A DNA stretch of 64,000 nucleotides from Promethearchaeota archaeon. Its GTDB lineage: Archaea > Asgardarchaeota > Lokiarchaeia > Sigyniarchaeales > SOKP01. Location: positions 1 through 64,000 of the forward strand of contig JBHLNZ010000008.1 in the NCBI GenBank assembly GCA_048941015.1, written 5' to 3'. This document shows positions 59,742-64,000 of this stretch, piece after piece. Under the pieces are notes generated by a model. It ran no database searches, had not been told where the DNA came from, and saw only the letters and a program-made list of their open reading frames with translations. The position numbers and the translations under genes were made by a program. Numbering within the stretch: the first letter of the stretch is position 1; every line of letters starts with the position of its first letter.

Positions 59742-61943
59742 TTAATAAATGGTCAATTTTAGATGATATTCTTGTTTTCTCTTTAACTTGAATTTCGGGA
59801 TTAAATTAATACCTTGGTAAATCTTTTTGTACCCTTCATCTGTATAAGCATAAGCGATAATTGGAAATTTGATAATTTTTATAGTATCTAAATCTGATTT
59901 TAAATCACTTAAAATTTCAAATTCAAAATTTAAATCGTAAGTATCATCATAAGCCTTAAAGTGAAAACCATCATATTCAAATGGCTTTAATAAATCATTT
60001 TCTTCTTTTTTTAAAAAAATAACTTGATTGCTTTCCCATTTGAATCTATTCGGGTCCCCATTAAAGAAAAAGGGAATATCTATTCCCATATAAAGTTTAT
60101 CTAAAATATTACTTAAAATAGATTCTTTTCCTGGCTCTCTTTTGAAATTGATTCTTATAAAAAGATCTAAAGTATTTTTTTCAACTTTTATTTTCTTAAA
60201 AACAGAACATGGATATTTTTCATTAGAATTAGTGTCTTTTACTTCGCCCAGAAGTTCTAAATCTATAATAGCAGATTTTCGATCTTTTATATTCTTGGTT
60301 ATTACAAATTTTCCATCACAGAAAGTTCCGAATTCAAAGTAAGTATCTGATTGAAGTTCTTTCAATGAATTATTTTCATGGAAAAAACGCAGTCTTAAAA
60401 TGCTCTTTCTATATCTATCAACCATGACTTCTTCTTGATTAATTTTTTCGCTATCATGATAAGCTTCTGGCCATCTTGTTAAGGTATTTAATAAATTGTA
60501 TGACTTTGGTTTGTAGTCTAATTCGAAAATAGTTCCCCCATCATCTGGATTTATATATAGATTTAAGAGATTAGATTCAATAATAATATCCATCTTACTA
60601 TCTTTATTGAAATCAATTGGAATAATGGACATATACTCATTTGGTATTTTATTTATTTTTGAAAGGAGATCATCAATGATTTTTTCAGCATTTAATAGAT
60701 GGGTATAAACTGAAAATCTTAAGAATTGTAAATAAACTCCACCAAATAACCCATGCCAATAACAATCATTACATTGAGCTTTATAAATCTCATTCCAAGC
60801 ATTTTCAATTTTAGTGTTATAGTATCCTATTTTTTCTTCACTCTTCAGATTTTTAATTCGGTTTTCAACTTGAATAAGCTTTTCTCTGACATGCAGCATT
60901 TTCTTATGCATATTATTTGATTCTGGATACTTTACCAAAAAATAACGCCAAAATCCACCTTTAAGAAATAAATATTCATCTTGTTTTTCTGGATCATCTT
61001 TTAGAGTTTTTCTAATTTTTTTAAATCTTTTTCTAATTGGTGTAAGAAGCACCCATTCTTCCATTTTATCATAACTTGCAGTAGGAAGATAAACTAAGCC
61101 TTTTGCAGGAAATTTTTCCATATATTCTGATAAAGTAATAGATTTAACCCAATCATTATTAGTAATTTGTTCAAAAAAAGCTGGAATAAAAGGTTTACCT
61201 TTATCACCCTCTTGATGACCTTTTCCTTCAATGTAGCAGAATTCATGAGTTGAGCCCCAAACGCCCATTTTTTCGGCATCTGAAATCAATAATGCCACAC
61301 GATCACCTTTTTCATCAGCACTTTTCTCTAAATAGTCAAGTGAGTAATAAGTTGGCTTCCAAGGTGTTAAATATCTTAATTGTTCGTTTATAGGGAATAC
61401 TCTTAGGGTTTTTCCTTCGTCTTCTGTGACATATGAATAAAAAGTGTCTTCTTCAGTGATCCCTGTCCCCCTAAAATGATTATCATCAACTATAACGTAT
61501 TTTAAACCAGCATCATTCAAAAAAGAAGGATAATTCGGCTCCCAAACTCTTTCTGATAACCAAGCACCCTTAACATCTAATCCAAATTCACTCTTAATTA
61601 GAGCAGATAATTTTTTCAGCTGAACAATCTTATCTCTATAAGGAATAATAGCAAATATCGGTTCATAATACCCCCCTCCAATGATTTCTATTTGTCCACG
61701 TTTGGCCATTTCTTTTAGTTTTTTTATTACATCTGGTTTGTGATTTATAAACCATTCTAATAGATTTCCAGAAAAATGAAAAGTAACTTTTACATCTGGA
61801 TAATTAAAAATATTTTCTATTAAAGGACCATAGGATTTCCTAAAAGCATCTTCAATAACCCATTGAAAATTATCGACAGGTTGATGAAAATGAAAAACTA
61901 TAGGAAGGTGGATTGTTTTATCCGTCATAAGATAAATCATCAT
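59742..61943 (-). CDS. GH57 alpha-amylase / 4-alpha-glucanotransferase
   Basis: HFHQP, GGYYEPI, WLSERVWEP, SDAEK, AQCNDCYWHG. Confidence 0.93.
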   Translation of the reverse strand: MMIYLMTDKTIHLPIVFHFHQPVDNFQWVIEDAFRKSYGPLIENIFNYPDVKVTFHFSGNLLEWFINHKPDVIKKLKEMAKRGQIEIIGGGYYEPIFAIIPYRDKIVQLKKLSALIKSEFGLDVKGAWLSERVWEPNYPSFLNDAGLKYVIVDDNHFRGTGITEEDTFYSYVTEDEGKTLRVFPINEQLRYLTPWKPTYYSLDYLEKSADEKGDRVALLISDAEKMGVWGSTHEFCYIEGKGHQEGDKGKPFIPAFFEQITNNDWVKSITLSEYMEKFPAKGLVYLPTASYDKMEEWVLLTPIRKRFKKIRKTLKDDPEKQDEYLFLKGGFWRYFLVKYPESNNMHKKMLHVREKLIQVENRIKNLKSEEKIGYYNTKIENAWNEIYKAQCNDCYWHGLFGGVYLQFLRFSVYTHLLNAEKIIDDLLSKINKIPNEYMSIIPIDFNKDSKMDIIIESNLLNLYINPDDGGTIFELDYKPKSYNLLNTLTRWPEAYHDSEKINQEEVMVDRYRKSILRLRFFHENNSLKELQSDTYFEFGTFCDGKFVITKNIKDRKSAIIDLELLGEVKDTNSNEKYPCSVFKKIKVEKNTLDLFIRINFKREPGKESILSNILDKLYMGIDIPFFFNGDPNRFKWESNQVIFLKKEENDLLKPFEYDGFHFKAYDDTYDLNFEFEILSDLKSDLDTIKIIKFPIIAYAYTDEGYKKIYQGINLIPKFKLKRKQEYHLKLTIY

Positions 61944-62049
61944 TTTATAGTTTTAAATTTATCCAGAAGCTAATTTATTCATATAAAAAGATATAAATTT
62001 GAAAAGCCCCGCAAATTATATTAATTATTAATTTAATAATTGGTTAAAT

Positions 62050-63786
62050 ATGTCAGAAAAGTTTGATAAAAATTTAATACAGCAGATAATTGATTCTAAC
62101 GAATTTAAAGGATGGCTTTTATCTAGGAGATGGTTTGGAGATAAATCTGCACTTTCAAATTTAGATTTTAAGATTGAAATACAATATTTTGAAATTATCG
62201 AAGAACGTTTATTTATAACTGTTATTAAGATTGAATCTGGGGATTACTCTAAATCATATTTTCTTCCATTAATTTATTATCATAAAATTGAAGAAATTCT
62301 TGAGCCAGATGAAAAAACTCAAGAAAATATTGTTAAATTAATTGGAAATACTTTTAGTAAAATGTTAATAAGAACTCTAAGCACTGAAGAACAAGGAAAA
62401 GTTTTTCCCGTTAATCTGATAGAGGCAGAATATTGTTTATTCTTTTGGAGAAAAATATTATTTGATACGATAATCTCAGAATCTTTCCCTTCTATGTCTT
62501 TAGAATTGACTCTATATACAGAACAATTCCAAGATGAAATAAATATGACAAAAGTCCAGACTCTGATAGAAGCAAGTTTATATCCAGAGAGATATAATCT
62601 CTCCCTTAAACAATTGGGTGGTGGAAATACGACAAATTTATTGTTTTTATTATACGTTCAAAATGTTAATAAGCCCCATCAGGATCCATTATCATATGTT
62701 ATTAAATCTTATAAAGAATATTCTGAAAGCTTAGAGCCTAAAACATTATTCGTTCTTGTCAAAAATAAATATCCTAATGCTCCAAAAATTTATGGAACTG
62801 TGAGGTTTCATAATAAAGAAACAATTGGAATATTAGAAGATGTTCCTAACATGGGTAATTTAGGAGATATATATTGGAAGGAGTTAAACAATATGGTTAA
62901 TTCAGTTTTTAAGAGTATTGATGATGATTATTCTCATCTTGCAGACAAAGAAAAGGTGTCTGAGATTATTAAAAACTTTTCTGTTGAGAGTTTAAGAGTG
63001 TCTGAACTAATTGGAGTTCATATTAAAGAACTTCATAAGGCATTGATTATAGTTGATGATAACCAATATAGTCAAGAAATCGTAGATAGTACAGAATATC
63101 TAAGATTATACACTGAAAAACTTAACTTTATGCTTTCAACAATTCAGACAAACATGAATAAGAAATCTGAAGGTGCATTTTATAATTCTCCGAAAATTGC
63201 TGCGATCCTTATAGATATTAATGATATCATTGAAAAGTTTCGAACGGAATTTGATGTTAAAAATATAAAAATTCAACCAGTTCACCAAGATTTGCATATG
63301 CAACAAATCCTTTACAACAAAATAAATGATCACTATCACTTTTACTTTATTGATTTTGAAGGAGATCCTCAATTAGAGATCACAGAGAAAAAAGCTAAGT
63401 TTCCAATAGAAAAAGATCTAGGGAGTTTTTTGCGATCATTGAGTTATATTAAATTTAATACCCTTCTTAACTTCATTGAAAAAATGATAGTGGATAAAAA
63501 GAAGTTTGAAGTACCAGAAGAATTTCTCTTTAGCATTTACTTTCGGAAATCAGCAAAAATTACTAGAAAACATAAAATGCTTGAATATCTATTAAAGCTA
63601 CTAAATGCTTGGGAGAATAGAATGATGGGAAAAATTTTTGATAAAAGCCTAAATCTTCATTTCACTTTGATTAATTACTTCACGATTGAAAGAGCCTTAC
63701 ATGAATTAGATTATGAATTATTATATAGACCACGCAATATAATTATTCCCATTCTTGGTTTGAAAGAGCTAATTGACAAGTATTAA
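62050..63786 (+). CDS. Maltokinase (Mak/Pep2)-like kinase
   Basis: WLLSRRWFGDK, HQDLHMQQIL, IDFEGDP, DLGSFLRSLSY, ERALHELDYEL. Confidence 0.8.
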   Translation: MSEKFDKNLIQQIIDSNEFKGWLLSRRWFGDKSALSNLDFKIEIQYFEIIEERLFITVIKIESGDYSKSYFLPLIYYHKIEEILEPDEKTQENIVKLIGNTFSKMLIRTLSTEEQGKVFPVNLIEAEYCLFFWRKILFDTIISESFPSMSLELTLYTEQFQDEINMTKVQTLIEASLYPERYNLSLKQLGGGNTTNLLFLLYVQNVNKPHQDPLSYVIKSYKEYSESLEPKTLFVLVKNKYPNAPKIYGTVRFHNKETIGILEDVPNMGNLGDIYWKELNNMVNSVFKSIDDDYSHLADKEKVSEIIKNFSVESLRVSELIGVHIKELHKALIIVDDNQYSQEIVDSTEYLRLYTEKLNFMLSTIQTNMNKKSEGAFYNSPKIAAILIDINDIIEKFRTEFDVKNIKIQPVHQDLHMQQILYNKINDHYHFYFIDFEGDPQLEITEKKAKFPIEKDLGSFLRSLSYIKFNTLLNFIEKMIVDKKKFEVPEEFLFSIYFRKSAKITRKHKMLEYLLKLLNAWENRMMGKIFDKSLNLHFTLINYFTIERALHELDYELLYRPRNIIIPILGLKELIDKY

Positions 63787-63998
63787 CTTTCTTCTTCAGG
63801 AATTTTAGCGAATTCGAAAGAATAATGAGAAGAAGACCTAATAATTGGATTAATTTCTTTTTGATATTGAGTTCTAATTTTACTTGTGCTCTCGATTTTT
63901 CCAGTTGTATAATCCTTATTGTACTCTTCTTGTCTGTAGAGCTGCCAAATAAAAGCTTCGACGAACTTTTGAGGGCCAAATTTATTCGTTATTAATAG
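63783..63998 (-). CDS. 3' end of a gene running off the window (...LLITNKFGPQKFVEAFIWQLY...AKIPEEES)
   Basis: Open minus-strand frame from the window edge to a stop overlapping the maltokinase stop. Confidence 0.6.
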   Translation of the reverse strand, partial: LLITNKFGPQKFVEAFIWQLYRQEEYNKDYTTGKIESTSKIRTQYQKEINPIIRSSSHYSFEFAKIPEEES

Positions 63999-64000
63999 AT

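Noticed and set aside
1069-63979. Numerous 60-130-aa ORFs overlapping longer genes (e.g. 6562..6960, 18951..19280, 33744..34124, 52351..52659, 63743..63979)
   Set aside because: Antisense or alternate-frame shadows of well-supported genes, with no motifs.

Overview
AT-rich (roughly 28-30% GC by eye), gene-dense archaeal DNA. It is very likely from an Asgard archaeon (Lokiarchaeia-like), inferred from three Rab-like small GTPases, a gelsolin-plus-domain-X protein and several longin-like proteins. I saw no rRNA, tRNA, CRISPR array or transposase. Most genes are anaerobic-metabolism enzymes: Fe-S proteins, a glycyl radical enzyme, SAM methyltransferases, a sulfatase, GH57 and a maltokinase-like protein. 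Highlights: (1) four paralogous single-pass receptor-like proteins, in two subtypes, each with a cytoplasmic longin-like domain, alongside a soluble NPRL/DENN-like longin protein and atypical Rab-like GTPases; (2) a single-chain tandem beta-class DNA methyltransferase in which one module has the catalytic motifs but no target-recognition domain (TRD) and the other has a TRD but degenerate catalytic motifs; (3) a 17-aa helical motif repeated three times in an EP/Tyr-repeat protein missed by the ORF track and also present in the gelsolin-X protein; (4) a glycyl radical enzyme paired with a split-barrel flavin-type protein rather than an activase, plus an unannotated 43-aa BssC/HpdC-like Cys4 protein; (5) a Zn-ribbon/wHTH/ARPP-1-like operon with a twin palindromic operator; (6) a methyltransferase fused to a CorA-like membrane domain. 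All family calls come from motif recognition by eye, not from database searches.
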